A DNA stretch of 64,000 nucleotides from an uncultured Verrucomicrobiae bacterium. GTDB lineage: Bacteria > Verrucomicrobiota > Verrucomicrobiia > Chthoniobacterales > JAATET01. Shown in pieces: positions 19,522 through 30,147 of the stretch (position 1 is its first letter; each line of letters starts with the position of its first letter). Position numbers and translations under genes: made by a program. The notes under the pieces were generated by a model, which worked only from the letters and a program-made list of their open reading frames with translations, searched no databases and was not told the DNA's origin. Location of the stretch: positions 96,001 through 160,000 of the forward strand of contig CAVRCI010000011.1 of NCBI GenBank assembly GCA_963719495.1, read 5' to 3'.

Positions 19522-21036
19522 ATGAACTCCCATTTCACGGTTCTCGATTTCGCCATTCTCGTCGTCTATTTCGCGGGGACGATGGCGGTGGGCGTCTTCT
19601 TCTGGCGGCGGAGCCGGTCGGTCGACGCGTTCACGGCGGCGAGCGGCAGCCTGCCGGGGTGGCTGACGGGACTGTCGATCCTCGGCACCTACGTCAGCAG
19701 CATCAGTTTCCTGGCCCTGCCGGGAAAGGCGTTTGCGGCGAATTGGAATCCGTTCGTCTTCAGCCTTTCGATTCCGCTGGCGACGTGGGTGGCGGTGAAG
19801 TGGTTTCTACCGTTCTACCGGCGGGGCGGGCACATCTCGGCCTACGAGCATTTGGAGGAACGATTCGGGCCGTGGGCGCGGGTCTACACGAGCGCGTGTT
19901 ATCTGCTGACCCAGCTCGCGCGCATGGGCACGGTGATGTATCTAATGGCGCTGCCGATCAGCATCCTGCTCGGATGGGACATTTGGTGGATCATTCTGGT
20001 GACGGGGGTATCGGTCACCATCTACACGTTCATCGGCGGGATCGAGGCGGTGATCTGGACGGACGCGATCCAGACGGTCGTGCTGATCTTCGGCGCGATT
20101 CTCTGCGCTTTGCTGATGCTCTTCGGCCTGCCGGAGGGGCCGGGTCAGGTTTTTCGGATCGCGGCGGAATACGATAAATTCAGTCTCGGCAGCTATTCGT
20201 TCGACCTCTCGCAGTCGACGTTCTGGGTGGTGCTCGTCTACGGGCTGGTGATCAATCTGCAGAACTTCGGAATCGATCAGAATTACATTCAGCGTTACCT
20301 GACGTCGAAATCCGACGCGGAGGCTCGGAAGAGTGTCTGGATGGGCGGGCTGCTTTACGTGCCGCTCTCGGCGGTCTTCTTCTTCATTGGGACGTTGCTC
20401 TTCGCGTTTTACCTGACGCACCCCGGCGAGTTGCCCGAGGCCTACCAGGCTGCGGACAAGAGCGATTACGTTTTTCCAAATTTCATCGTCACGGTTCTGC
20501 CGCCCGGAGTGACGGGTCTGCTCATTGCGGCGATCTTCGCCGCGGCGATGAGCACGGTATCGAGTAGCCTGAATTCGTCGGCGACGATCGTTCTCAATGA
20601 CTATTACAAACGCTACCTCCGACCCGCTGCGACGGACCGCCAGTGCATGGCGGTGCTCTACGCGGTGACGGTCGTGTGGGGAGTGCTGGGCACGGGAATG
20701 GCGCTCGCGATGACGCGGGTCCCGAGCGCGCTCGACGCGTGGTGGATGCTGGCGGGCATCTTCGGCGGCGGGACGCTGGGACTGTTCTTGCTCGGATTCC
20801 TGAGCCGGAAACCGCGGGCGTTCTCCGCGGCGGTTGGAGTGATCGTGGGACTGCTCGTGATCGTGTGGATGACGCTTTCGCCGAAGATCCCGGGGCTGCC
20901 CGCGGGGTTGGTGAGTCCGTTTAACGGCTTCCTGATCGTGGTCTTCGGCACGAGCGCAATTCTCATCGTTGGCCTGTTGGTCACCGCGTGGCTGCGTCCG
21001 GCCGCTCCCGCCCATTCACCCCCACCGGATTCATGA
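19522..21036 (+). CDS. Sodium:solute symporter (sugar/sialic-acid type)
   Basis: SSISFLALPG, GGIEAVIWTDAIQ, DQNYIQRY, AAIFAAAMST; about 13 TMs. Confidence 0.92.
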   Translation: MNSHFTVLDFAILVVYFAGTMAVGVFFWRRSRSVDAFTAASGSLPGWLTGLSILGTYVSSISFLALPGKAFAANWNPFVFSLSIPLATWVAVKWFLPFYRRGGHISAYEHLEERFGPWARVYTSACYLLTQLARMGTVMYLMALPISILLGWDIWWIILVTGVSVTIYTFIGGIEAVIWTDAIQTVVLIFGAILCALLMLFGLPEGPGQVFRIAAEYDKFSLGSYSFDLSQSTFWVVLVYGLVINLQNFGIDQNYIQRYLTSKSDAEARKSVWMGGLLYVPLSAVFFFIGTLLFAFYLTHPGELPEAYQAADKSDYVFPNFIVTVLPPGVTGLLIAAIFAAAMSTVSSSLNSSATIVLNDYYKRYLRPAATDRQCMAVLYAVTVVWGVLGTGMALAMTRVPSALDAWWMLAGIFGGGTLGLFLLGFLSRKPRAFSAAVGVIVGLLVIVWMTLSPKIPGLPAGLVSPFNGFLIVVFGTSAILIVGLLVTAWLRPAAPAHSPPPDS

Positions 21037-22562
21037 AAAACCCGATCATCAACGCGGCAGCATCGCTGTTGCTGATTCTTCCCGTCGCCGCGGCCGCGGT
21101 CCGACCAGCGCCCGTCTTTCAGGACGGCGTTGTGCTCCAACGCGACCGTCCGGTCCCGGTTTGGGGAACCGCTGAGCCTCGCGAGGAGATCGTCGTCGAG
21201 TTTGCGGGACAACGGAAGGAAGCGGAGGCGGACGAAGGTGGCAAATGGCGCGTCGATCTCGATGCGCTGCCAGCCAGCGCGGAAGCGGGAACTTTGAAAA
21301 TAACCGGTACCGACGTGGTGACGGTCGGCGACGTGTTGGTCGGTGAGGTCTGGATCTGCGGCGGCCAGTCGAACATGGAGTGGACGGTGGACCGCGCCGG
21401 CAATGCCGAGGCCGAAGTGGCGGGGGGAACTTTCCCGCTCATCCGGCATTTCAAGGTCGAGCGGGCGGCGTCCGAGCAGCCGCTGGATCAGCTCGAGGGC
21501 AAGTGGGTCGCGGCGTCTCCGGCGACCGTCGGAGATTTTTCAGCAGTGGGCTATTTCTTCGGGCGGGAGCTGTTTGGCAATCTCGACGTCCCGATCGGGT
21601 TGGTCAATTCGAGCTACGGCGGGACGGAGATCGAAGCGTGGATGAGCGCGAAAGGGCTGGCGGCCACGTCGGTGGCGGCGAGCGTGGAGGCCCGCTGGCA
21701 GGAACGAGTCGCGGCGTTTCCAGCGGACGTCGAGAAATACGAGGCGGCGGTGGCCAAGTGGGAGACGGCCCGCGACGAGGCGCGGGCTGATGGCCACAAA
21801 TTTGCAAAAAAGCGCCCGCGCGAACCCGAAGGACGCGGCACCCGCAAGCAGCCTTCGACGCTCTACAACGCGATGATCAATCCGCTGATCCCCTTCGCGG
21901 CCCGGGGCGTGATCTGGTATCAAGGCGAGGCCAATCAGGGCCGGTCCGCGGAATACGCGGAGCTCTTCCCGGGGATGATTTCGCAGTGGCGGGGGGACTT
22001 CGAGCAACCGGGACTGCCGTTCTATTTCGTCCAACTCGCGAACAACGTTCGCAAGAACGATCCGAGCGGGGAAGCCTGGGGGTATCTGCGGGAGGCGCAG
22101 ACGAAGGCTCTGGAACTCCCGGCGACCGGCATGGCCGTGGCGGTGGACATCGGCGAGTCGGACGACATCCATCCGAAGAACAAGCAGGAAGTGGGGCGGC
22201 GGTTGGCGTTGTTGGCGCTGGCGAACGTCTACGACCGTCCGATCGAATTCGCCGGACCGCGCTTCGCGGGAACGCGGATCGAGGACGACCGGATCGTCGT
22301 GGAGTTTGCGAATGCCGAAGGTCTGGAACTCCGGGCGGAGAACGGCGAAACCGGCTTTGCGATCGCGGGTGCCGATCTGAAGTTCCGGCTCGCGGCTGCT
22401 GAGGTAAAGGGCGGCGAGGTGTGGGTCGGCGCGGACGAAGTGCCGTCCCCGACCGCGGTGCGCTACGCGTGGGCCAATGACCCGATCGCGACCCTCTTCA
22501 ACGGCAGCGACCTTCCGACGGAACCGTTCCGCACGGACGAGGTGCCGGAAGCCGTAGATTGA
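21033..22562 (+). CDS. Sialate O-acetylesterase (SASA/SGNH family)
   Basis: [26 protein letters not shown]; signal peptide from ATG 21033. Confidence 0.92.
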   Translation: MKNPIINAAASLLLILPVAAAAVRPAPVFQDGVVLQRDRPVPVWGTAEPREEIVVEFAGQRKEAEADEGGKWRVDLDALPASAEAGTLKITGTDVVTVGDVLVGEVWICGGQSNMEWTVDRAGNAEAEVAGGTFPLIRHFKVERAASEQPLDQLEGKWVAASPATVGDFSAVGYFFGRELFGNLDVPIGLVNSSYGGTEIEAWMSAKGLAATSVAASVEARWQERVAAFPADVEKYEAAVAKWETARDEARADGHKFAKKRPREPEGRGTRKQPSTLYNAMINPLIPFAARGVIWYQGEANQGRSAEYAELFPGMISQWRGDFEQPGLPFYFVQLANNVRKNDPSGEAWGYLREAQTKALELPATGMAVAVDIGESDDIHPKNKQEVGRRLALLALANVYDRPIEFAGPRFAGTRIEDDRIVVEFANAEGLELRAENGETGFAIAGADLKFRLAAAEVKGGEVWVGADEVPSPTAVRYAWANDPIATLFNGSDLPTEPFRTDEVPEAVD

Positions 22563-24226
22563 GCGCCAACATCGACTCTGTGAAACAGGATCGCTATTTC
22601 GTCGGGGTCGACGTGGGGACAGGCAGTGCGCGGGCGGGCGTCTTTACCAGCGCTGGTCGTCGGTTGGGGATGGCGAAGCGGGACATCCAAACGTGGAAAC
22701 CCGCACCCAATTTCGTCGAGCAATCATCGGACGACATCTGGCGCGCGGTCTGCGATTCCGTCCGCTCGGCCGTGTCGGAGAGCGGAATCGACGCGGGGGA
22801 GGTCGCGGGCATCGGCTTCGACGCAACGTGCTCGCTCGTTGTGCTCGACGGTGCCGGCGAGCCGCTGCCGGTCACTCCAGACGGACAGGCGGCGCAGAAT
22901 GTGATCGTGTGGATGGATCACCGAGCGGTGGCCGAAGCGGCTCAGATCAATGGCTTCGGTGAGGAAGAAGTGCTCCGCTACGTCGGCGGAAAAATCTCGC
23001 CCGAGATGCAGATTCCGAAACTGCTTTGGCTGAAATCGCACCACCCGACGACTTGGCGAGCGGCGGCGCACTTTCTCGATCTGCCCGACTTCCTGACCTT
23101 TCGGGCGACGGGTGATTTGACGCGGTCCCTGTGTTCGACGGTCTGCAAGTGGACGTATCTCGGGCACCGGACGGCGGAGCAGGGTGGGGGCTGGGACGAA
23201 TCGTTTTTCGCTCGCGTCGGGCTGGAGGACTTGCCGGGAGTGGATGCGGCGCGTATCGGCTCGCGGATTCGTCCCGTGGGCGAGTCGATTGGGCATGGTC
23301 TCTCGGAGTCTGCCGCCCAATCCCTCGGACTCACCGCGGGGACGGCGGTCGGTGTCTCGCTGATCGACGCGCATGCGGGGGGCGTCGGGATGGTGGGAGC
23401 GTCGATCGAAACGGGCGACCAGGTCGATTTCAACCGGCGACTCGCGCTCATCGGCGGGACCTCGTCCTGCCACATGGCGGTTTCCACCGACGCACGATTC
23501 ATTCCCGGGGTGTGGGGTCCGTATTGGTCGGCGATGATCCCTGGGCTCTGGCTGAACGAGGGAGGGCAGTCGGCTTCCGGCGCGCTGGTCGATCACGTGA
23601 TCGGAACCCACGGGGCAACGGGCGAATTGAATGACTCAGCCGCGCGCGGCGTGGTCTCGGTCTACGAATTTCTCAATCGTCGACTGGACGCACTCGCGGC
23701 GGATGGGACCGTGGATTTCCTGACCGGGCACCTGCACGTGAATCCGGACTTCCACGGGAATCGGTCCCCGCGGGCGAACCCGGATTTGCGGGGAATGATC
23801 TGCGGGTTGCGGCTGTCGAGCACGCTCGACGACCTGGCGCTGCTCTATCTCGCCACGGTGCAGGCGATCGCCTGCGGGACGCGGCACATCGTCGAGGAGT
23901 TCAACCGCAACGGTTACGAGATCGACACGATCTTCGTCTGCGGCGGAGGGACGAAGAACCCGGTCTTCCTGCGGCAGCACGCGAACGTCACCGGCTGCCG
24001 TCTGATCCTGCCGGAGGAACCCGAAGCGGTCCTGGTGGGAGCGGCGATTCTGGGAGCGGTGGCCGCGGGTGATTTTCCATCCGTCGAGGCGGCCATGCGG
24101 GAAATGACGCGTTCGGGGTCCGTGGTCGATCCAGACTCCGCGACGAAGGATTTTCACGACCGGAAACTTGCCGTGTTTCACCGGCTGCACGCCGACCAGG
24201 TCGCCTACGAAGGCCTCATGCGATGA
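22559..24226 (+). CDS. FGGY-family pentulose (D-ribulose-type) kinase
   Basis: [72 protein letters not shown]. Confidence 0.92.
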   Translation: MSANIDSVKQDRYFVGVDVGTGSARAGVFTSAGRRLGMAKRDIQTWKPAPNFVEQSSDDIWRAVCDSVRSAVSESGIDAGEVAGIGFDATCSLVVLDGAGEPLPVTPDGQAAQNVIVWMDHRAVAEAAQINGFGEEEVLRYVGGKISPEMQIPKLLWLKSHHPTTWRAAAHFLDLPDFLTFRATGDLTRSLCSTVCKWTYLGHRTAEQGGGWDESFFARVGLEDLPGVDAARIGSRIRPVGESIGHGLSESAAQSLGLTAGTAVGVSLIDAHAGGVGMVGASIETGDQVDFNRRLALIGGTSSCHMAVSTDARFIPGVWGPYWSAMIPGLWLNEGGQSASGALVDHVIGTHGATGELNDSAARGVVSVYEFLNRRLDALAADGTVDFLTGHLHVNPDFHGNRSPRANPDLRGMICGLRLSSTLDDLALLYLATVQAIACGTRHIVEEFNRNGYEIDTIFVCGGGTKNPVFLRQHANVTGCRLILPEEPEAVLVGAAILGAVAAGDFPSVEAAMREMTRSGSVVDPDSATKDFHDRKLAVFHRLHADQVAYEGLMR

Positions 24227-24251
24227 ATTTCGTTCTCCACCGCAATTTATT

Positions 24252-24267
24252 GCTAAAAGGTTATTGC
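24252..24267. promoter_or_regulatory. Candidate LacI operator 2
   Basis: GCTAAAA-GG-TTATTGC upstream of 24318. Confidence 0.6.
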
Positions 24268-24317
24268 CGGGGTTCGAGTCTCGTGTGATTCTTGGAATTC
24301 GATCATCCTTCCAGCCC

Positions 24318-25118
24318 ATGCTTCCTCCGATCCCCGCCCGTTTCGCCCGTCCAACACTATTCCTCCTCGGCGCGCTTGCGTTGACGACCGCTCGCGCCGA
24401 AACGGTGCTTGTCGCCGATGAGTTCGCCGACGGGAGTCGGCGGGGGAACAGTCCGCCGGAGTCGCTGGATTGGGTCAGCTCGGTCGACGGTCGTTACTTG
24501 GAAGGTGATCGGGGGAAAATGAGAATTTTGGGTGCCCGGGAGTCCGGTCGCCACGCCGTTGCCCACTTCGTGGCTCCCGAAGACGCCGTGACCCTCGAGA
24601 CCGGAGAAACACTGGAGTTTACCTTCGACGTGACGCCGCTGGAGGAAGGTCCACCCCAAGGTAACAGTTTGCGCTTTGGTCTCTTCGACTCGGCGAACGA
24701 GGCGGTCAATTATTTTGGCTCCGACGGGACGAATCCGAAGGCTGCCAGCGCGGAGGGCTACGTCGGCGTCCTGAGTCTCAAATCCGAGACCGAAGTCGCG
24801 CTCGGTATTCTCCGCCGGAGCGGAGACGGTGGGCTGCTGACCAACTCCCACGCCTACAATACGGAGAGCATGAGCAATGCGCCGGAGGGCGTGGGGGTCG
24901 GAGAAACCTATCGCGTCACGCTGCGGGTGAAGCGGACTGGTGACCGGGAGGCGCAGGTCGAGGTTGCCGTGTCGGGCGGGACGTTTGCCCGGGAGATTCG
25001 CGACAAATGGACCGACGAGGAAAGTCCGTTGTTCACCTTCGATCTCATCGGCTTTTCCATCTTTCAAGCGTTCTCGGCGGCGGAAATTTCGAACGTTCGG
25101 CTGGTGAAGCTACCGTGA
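24318..25118 (+). CDS. Secreted hypothetical beta-rich protein
   Basis: Signal peptide ending ARA; alternating beta-strand pattern. Confidence 0.7.
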   Translation: MLPPIPARFARPTLFLLGALALTTARAETVLVADEFADGSRRGNSPPESLDWVSSVDGRYLEGDRGKMRILGARESGRHAVAHFVAPEDAVTLETGETLEFTFDVTPLEEGPPQGNSLRFGLFDSANEAVNYFGSDGTNPKAASAEGYVGVLSLKSETEVALGILRRSGDGGLLTNSHAYNTESMSNAPEGVGVGETYRVTLRVKRTGDREAQVEVAVSGGTFAREIRDKWTDEESPLFTFDLIGFSIFQAFSAAEISNVRLVKLP

Positions 25119-27184
25119 CTCGCCGCGCCGGAGCTTGCCCCTCGCCCGTCGGCATTGTCGTCTCGCTGATTTCGATGATGATGAGCGTTCCGTCGGTTCG
25201 CGCGGCGGAACTCTCGACTTCCGCCGACACCGTGGCGCTTCAATCAGCGGAGCCAGCCGGCCTCGGCCCGTTGTCCCTCCCGAGTCTTTACTCCGAAATT
25301 CCCGGTGCAGCGTCGGTCTACGGGGGAGCGCGTCCCGACCTGTTCGTCGTGGCGGCGGAGAGGAAAAGCGGGACACTGCTTCTGTATCGTTGGCTGCGGG
25401 ATTCGCCGGATGGCGTCCCGGTATTTGGCGAACCGCGCGAGATCTCCGCTCCGATCGTGCTCAATGGAACGATCTTCGAAATGCCGGATGGCGAAATTCA
25501 TGGTCTTTGGTTGGACGGGAAGGCGATCGTGCGGGCGGATTTCGATCGGAGCACGTTTGCTTTTCGAGAAAACGGCCGCGTGATCCTGTCCATCACCCCG
25601 CGAAGCGTCGCGGCGTTTCCAAACGAAGACGGTAGCGTGGACATCGCGGTCGAGCTGACGGAACACCCGGACTCGGGCGAGGATTCCGACGTTGAAACCG
25701 ACCGATCCAGTCCGGATTGGCGGCCTTACGATGCGGCGGGAATTTCGACCGAGCCTGCTCGGTTCAGCCACGTCGTCGGATTTCGACTCCCCGGATTCTT
25801 GCGAGGTCCAGCGGAAGGGGAACGTCAGATCTCGCCCGTCCGGAACGACGCCTACTACGATATGCGCAATCTGGCTCGCGTCGACGTGGGACCCGACCGA
25901 CCAGCGGGTCTTGTCGCCGGGACGCGGATGGGGAGTTTTTATTATTACCCGGATCCGTTTGGGTCCGACGCGCCTCGGCGTTTGCTGATGGCCGACCCGG
26001 ACGGGATTGCGATCCGCCACCCGAGCATCGCCCCCGTGGTTTGCGCATACCCTCGAGCGGACGGGCGGTCCGACTTGATCGCCGCGGGTGAGGGCGGAAT
26101 TCATTACTACCGGTTTGAAAATCGCTTCACCGACGCTGGTGCGCCGATCTACGAAAAACCAAGGATGGTCCTCCAGGAAAATGCCGATCTTTTCCCCGGG
26201 AAGCTACCCGCGCTGAGCGTCGCGGACTGGACGGGGAATGGCGCATTCGACATCATCGCGGGCAACTCCGAGGGATTTGTCGTTTTGTTCAAGAACGTCG
26301 GGACGACGGATGAGCCTAAGTTTCTGTCCGGTGAACGGATTCAATCTGATGGTGCCGACATCCACATCCAGGCTGGCTACTCGGGCAGCGTCCAGGGTTT
26401 GAAAGAAGCCCGCTGGGGTTACGTTTCGCCCACGGTCGTGGACTGGAACGGGGACGGCCTGCCGGACATTGTGATGGGTGACATCACGGGCGACTACACC
26501 GTTTACCTGAATCGCGGGACGAAAGAAGCACCCGAGCTGGGTCCCGCGCTTCCGCTCTACTGCGACGGCGTGCCGCTGCACGGAATGTGGCGGTCGCGGG
26601 CGGCCGTGGCGGAACTCGATGGTCGCATGGCGATGGTGATCGTCGATGGGGAAGATCACTTCCATCTCTACTGGAAGGTGGACAACCAGAACGTCGACGA
26701 TGGTGGTAAGCTGACGCTCGCGGACGGGTCGTTGATTGAAACAAGCTTCGATCCCGCGGGCGGCACGGGCCGGTGCAAACTCGATTTCTTCGACTACGAT
26801 GGGGACGGGGTGCTCGACTTGATCATCGGAACGGGCCGCCGATCTGCGATTCCAGACAAGGAAACGGGATACCCGATGCCGATGCTTGGCAACCGAACGC
26901 TGGGAACGCCTCTTTTCATGAAGAACGTTGGGAGCAACGCCGAGCCGATGTTTGCTCGTCCTCAGGTCTTTTCCCACGCGAATTTCGGCCTCGTTCAGCC
27001 GGGTGGCTCTCATGAGACGGGCGCGATTGCAACACCGCTCGGTGGCGACGGACCCAATCTGCTGGTAGCAAGCGAAACGGGCGAACTTTTCCTTCTTCGC
27101 AAAAAGAACCTTTCGCTCCTGACTCCGGAGCAGGCAGCCACCTACCGGGATCGGCGCAACCCGCTGCCCCGATCAGAAAATTAA
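25115..27184 (+). CDS. Second FG-GAP/VCBS-repeat protein
   Basis: DWNGDGLPD, DYDGDGVLD repeats; shares the GSxQGxxExxWGY motif with the 16477 protein; start uncertain. Confidence 0.85.
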   Translation: MTRRAGACPSPVGIVVSLISMMMSVPSVRAAELSTSADTVALQSAEPAGLGPLSLPSLYSEIPGAASVYGGARPDLFVVAAERKSGTLLLYRWLRDSPDGVPVFGEPREISAPIVLNGTIFEMPDGEIHGLWLDGKAIVRADFDRSTFAFRENGRVILSITPRSVAAFPNEDGSVDIAVELTEHPDSGEDSDVETDRSSPDWRPYDAAGISTEPARFSHVVGFRLPGFLRGPAEGERQISPVRNDAYYDMRNLARVDVGPDRPAGLVAGTRMGSFYYYPDPFGSDAPRRLLMADPDGIAIRHPSIAPVVCAYPRADGRSDLIAAGEGGIHYYRFENRFTDAGAPIYEKPRMVLQENADLFPGKLPALSVADWTGNGAFDIIAGNSEGFVVLFKNVGTTDEPKFLSGERIQSDGADIHIQAGYSGSVQGLKEARWGYVSPTVVDWNGDGLPDIVMGDITGDYTVYLNRGTKEAPELGPALPLYCDGVPLHGMWRSRAAVAELDGRMAMVIVDGEDHFHLYWKVDNQNVDDGGKLTLADGSLIETSFDPAGGTGRCKLDFFDYDGDGVLDLIIGTGRRSAIPDKETGYPMPMLGNRTLGTPLFMKNVGSNAEPMFARPQVFSHANFGLVQPGGSHETGAIATPLGGDGPNLLVASETGELFLLRKKNLSLLTPEQAATYRDRRNPLPRSEN

Positions 27185-27215
27185 AGCGGCCCCTCGAAAT
27201 ATATCTTGCTTAACA

Positions 27216-27231
27216 GCTATAAGGATTTAGC
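27216..27231. promoter_or_regulatory. Candidate LacI operator 3
   Basis: GCTATAA-GG-ATTTAGC just upstream of the PEP-CTERM gene. Confidence 0.65.
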
Positions 27232-27257
27232 GTTCACAAAACCTCAACTACCAAATC

Positions 27258-29492
27258 ATGAAAACACCCCTCCATCTCACGAAAAACATTGCTGCGGCGC
27301 TGGCGATTCCGCTGTTCCTGTTGCCCATTGATCGCCTTGCGGCTCAAACCGACGGAACCTGGACGAAAACGAACGCCGGAACGGCGGATTGGAATGACTC
27401 GGCGAATTGGAGCGGGGGGAATATCGCGGACGGCGTCGGAGCGACGGCGAACTTCACGCCACTCCAAAACACAACTCGCATCGTCAACATCGATACGACC
27501 AGCCGAACGGTGGGGATTTTCAACCTACTCAATCAGCACAACAACGGATCGAGTTCGCAGAGCTACACCTTCGCGACGACGATGGCCAATAGCCTGACGT
27601 TCGACAACGGTGCCTCCACGGCGCAGCTCAACACCCTGGTCCCGTCCTACGAATCCGGGGGAACGAATACCTTCAGCGTGCCGATGTTCGTCGGCAGTTC
27701 GCTCGACATCAACAACGGGCGGCCGTTGAGCTCCAACACGCTCACGCTTTCCGGACCCGTCTCGGCGTCTTCCACCGGGACAAAAACGATCTCGAACGTC
27801 AGCACCGGTCCAGCAGCCGTCGTGATCAGTGGTGCGGTTTCGGATGGCTCCGGCGTCGTCGGTATTCGTCAGAACAGTGCGACCAGTCAGATGACTTTGA
27901 GCGGGACGAACACGCACACCGGTGGGACGGCGATTGATGCCGGCGTGCTGGCGATCTCGTCGAATGCCAATCTCGGCGCCGCAGCGGGCGGGGTGACGTT
28001 CAACGGCGGCACCCTGCGGGTGACGAGCTCGATCAACGATTCGGGCTACCAACCCCTGACGACCGTGAATGCCGGCGGCGGAACGATCCAGGCGGATGGA
28101 TTCGTCAATTATTATGGCGTGATCGCCGGGTCCGGCACCTTGACCAAGACGGGCGGAAACGTTCTGTCGCTCAACAACGCCGGAAACACTCACACCGGAG
28201 GAATCGTGGTCAATGACGGTCAACTCCGGGTGCGTAACGACGGAGCCTTCGGCGCGGCCAGCAACGGAGTGACATTCGCGGACGGCACGACCTTCCGGCA
28301 GAGCGACACGTTCGACGCGGGAGCGGGGCGCACTCTGACGTTGGCTTCGGGCAACGTGATTGTCAGCACGACCAGCAACTTCGGCTGGCAGGGCACCGTG
28401 ACCGGTGCCGGTGGAATGACGAAGGTCGAATCCGCCACGCTGACACTGAGTGGGACGAACGACTACGTCGGCAACACGGTTATCCAGGCGGGATCGGTGC
28501 GGATCGATGCCGACGAGAACCTTGGGGCCGCTTCGAGTGGCGTGATGCTGGATGGCGGAACCCTCCAAGTGGACAACGTGGTTTCGGGGACCGGTGTGGT
28601 CTCGGACCGAAGCCTCAACGTGACGGTCGGCGGCGGAACGGTTCAGACCGATAAGTTCGTGAACTGGGGCGGTGTGGTTTCTGGCTCGGGTGTCCTGACC
28701 AAGACGGGTGGCAGCACGCTCTCGCTCAACAACGATGCCAACAGCCACAGCGGAAACATCGACGTCCAGGCTGGTAAACTTCGCATTCGCGCCGGAGACG
28801 GTAGCCTTGGTGCGGCTGGCAACAACGTGACCCTCGCCGACGGGAGCACGTTCCAGGTTTCCAACTTCGGAAGCGTCACGGACCCCACGGTCTCCGCCTC
28901 CCGGACACTCACGCTGACCTCGGGCACCGTCACCTTCGAGATTGATAGCGAGACCCCGATGGCTGCAGCAATCACTGGAGCTGGTGGTCTCACGAAGATC
29001 GGAGCTTCCGACTTCACGATGATCGGTTTGGCAACCTATACGGGAGCAACGACCATCAACGAAGGTAATTTCATCCTCGGAGCGAGTGAGCGCCTGGCGG
29101 ACACGAGCAATATTGTGTTGGGCGGCGGAACACTCGACGCGGCTGGATTCAGCGAGACGGCGGGGACATTGCTCCTCACGGGAAATTCGAGCCTGTTGCT
29201 CGGCGGCACCGGGACAAACAGCTTTAGCTTCGCCAACAGCAGCGCGCTGGACTGGAGCAGCTTCACGATGGACATCAACGGCACGTTTGTCGGCGGTCAA
29301 TCCGTTCGCTTCGGCTTCGACAGCACAGGCTTGACGATGGGTCAGCTCTCCGCGATCTCGATCAACGGGATCGGTGCCGGGATCGATTCCGCCGGTTTCC
29401 TGACGGCGGTTCCCGAGCCATCGGCGGTCGCTCTGTTCGGTCTTGCTCTTGCGGTCCTCGTCTTCGTGCGGCGCCGGCGGCAGACCGCTTAG
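27258..29492 (+). CDS. Autotransporter-associated beta-strand-repeat surface protein with PEP-CTERM sorting signal
   Basis: Signal peptide; LTKxG..L.L...N.Y/H.G.T.I..G repeats; C-terminal VPEPS + TM + RRRR. Confidence 0.93.
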   Translation: MKTPLHLTKNIAAALAIPLFLLPIDRLAAQTDGTWTKTNAGTADWNDSANWSGGNIADGVGATANFTPLQNTTRIVNIDTTSRTVGIFNLLNQHNNGSSSQSYTFATTMANSLTFDNGASTAQLNTLVPSYESGGTNTFSVPMFVGSSLDINNGRPLSSNTLTLSGPVSASSTGTKTISNVSTGPAAVVISGAVSDGSGVVGIRQNSATSQMTLSGTNTHTGGTAIDAGVLAISSNANLGAAAGGVTFNGGTLRVTSSINDSGYQPLTTVNAGGGTIQADGFVNYYGVIAGSGTLTKTGGNVLSLNNAGNTHTGGIVVNDGQLRVRNDGAFGAASNGVTFADGTTFRQSDTFDAGAGRTLTLASGNVIVSTTSNFGWQGTVTGAGGMTKVESATLTLSGTNDYVGNTVIQAGSVRIDADENLGAASSGVMLDGGTLQVDNVVSGTGVVSDRSLNVTVGGGTVQTDKFVNWGGVVSGSGVLTKTGGSTLSLNNDANSHSGNIDVQAGKLRIRAGDGSLGAAGNNVTLADGSTFQVSNFGSVTDPTVSASRTLTLTSGTVTFEIDSETPMAAAITGAGGLTKIGASDFTMIGLATYTGATTINEGNFILGASERLADTSNIVLGGGTLDAAGFSETAGTLLLTGNSSLLLGGTGTNSFSFANSSALDWSSFTMDINGTFVGGQSVRFGFDSTGLTMGQLSAISINGIGAGIDSAGFLTAVPEPSAVALFGLALAVLVFVRRRRQTA

Positions 29493-29520
29493 ATCTCGAG
29501 GGAAACAAGGTCATAAGCGG

Positions 29521-29551
29521 AAAAGGGCGTTCTTCGGAACGCCCTTTTTTT
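29521..29551 (+). terminator. Rho-independent terminator (potentially bidirectional)
   Basis: AAAAGGGCGTTC-TTCG-GAACGCCCTTTT followed by T-run. Confidence 0.9.
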
Positions 29552-29877
29552 GTGGAGAAATTTTTCGAAAGCGGGCGATGCTGCGATCCTATCGGGATCG
29601 CAACACGGGTGGTCGATGGATCGAAGACCCCGAGCGAACTGAACGGTGGTGAACTATGTGGAATCGGCATAGCAGCCGATTTTGCTGTGGTGATCGGCTG
29701 GAAGCCAATGTCACGAACGTCTGATGCGGCCGACGTTCGAGAACGGACGCGTCACTGGGCGGGGCGGCGAGCGCTCCGCGCACGCTGACGAATGACTCCG
29801 TTTGGAATGACGGCTCTGGTTCGCCGGGCATCGTCTCCCGGCAACTCGCGCGAAGCGCGGGAGAATTTTTCACCGAT

Positions 29878-29969
29878 TGTAGCGGCGTGTCTGTGACCGC
29901 CGCTGATTTCCGCGACAATTGAATCTTACCCTGTTGCCAGGCCGCCGGCGGTCATAGACCGCCGCTACA
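29878..29969. repeat. GTAG-type REP inverted doublet
   Basis: TGTAGCGGCGTGTCTGTGACCGCCG ... CGGCGGTCATAGACCGCCGCTACA in inverted orientation. Confidence 0.8.
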
Positions 29970-30147
29970 GCCACGGTCTGGTTCATCGTGCGATTTGTTT
30001 TCAGACGTCCCCAGGGTCGGCGGAAACGGGGCGATGCCTGCCCGTGGTGTTCCCACACTGGATTGCAGGCTATCGTCAGCTCATTCCGCGGCTGAACTGG
30101 ATTCGAGCTTGGCGCGAACGGTAACAAGCGCTGGAGGATGGGTCGCG

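Noticed and set aside
29030..29060. TGAT as an ApbE flavinylation site
   Set aside because: Part of the beta-strand repeat consensus YTGxTxI and lacks the upstream Asp
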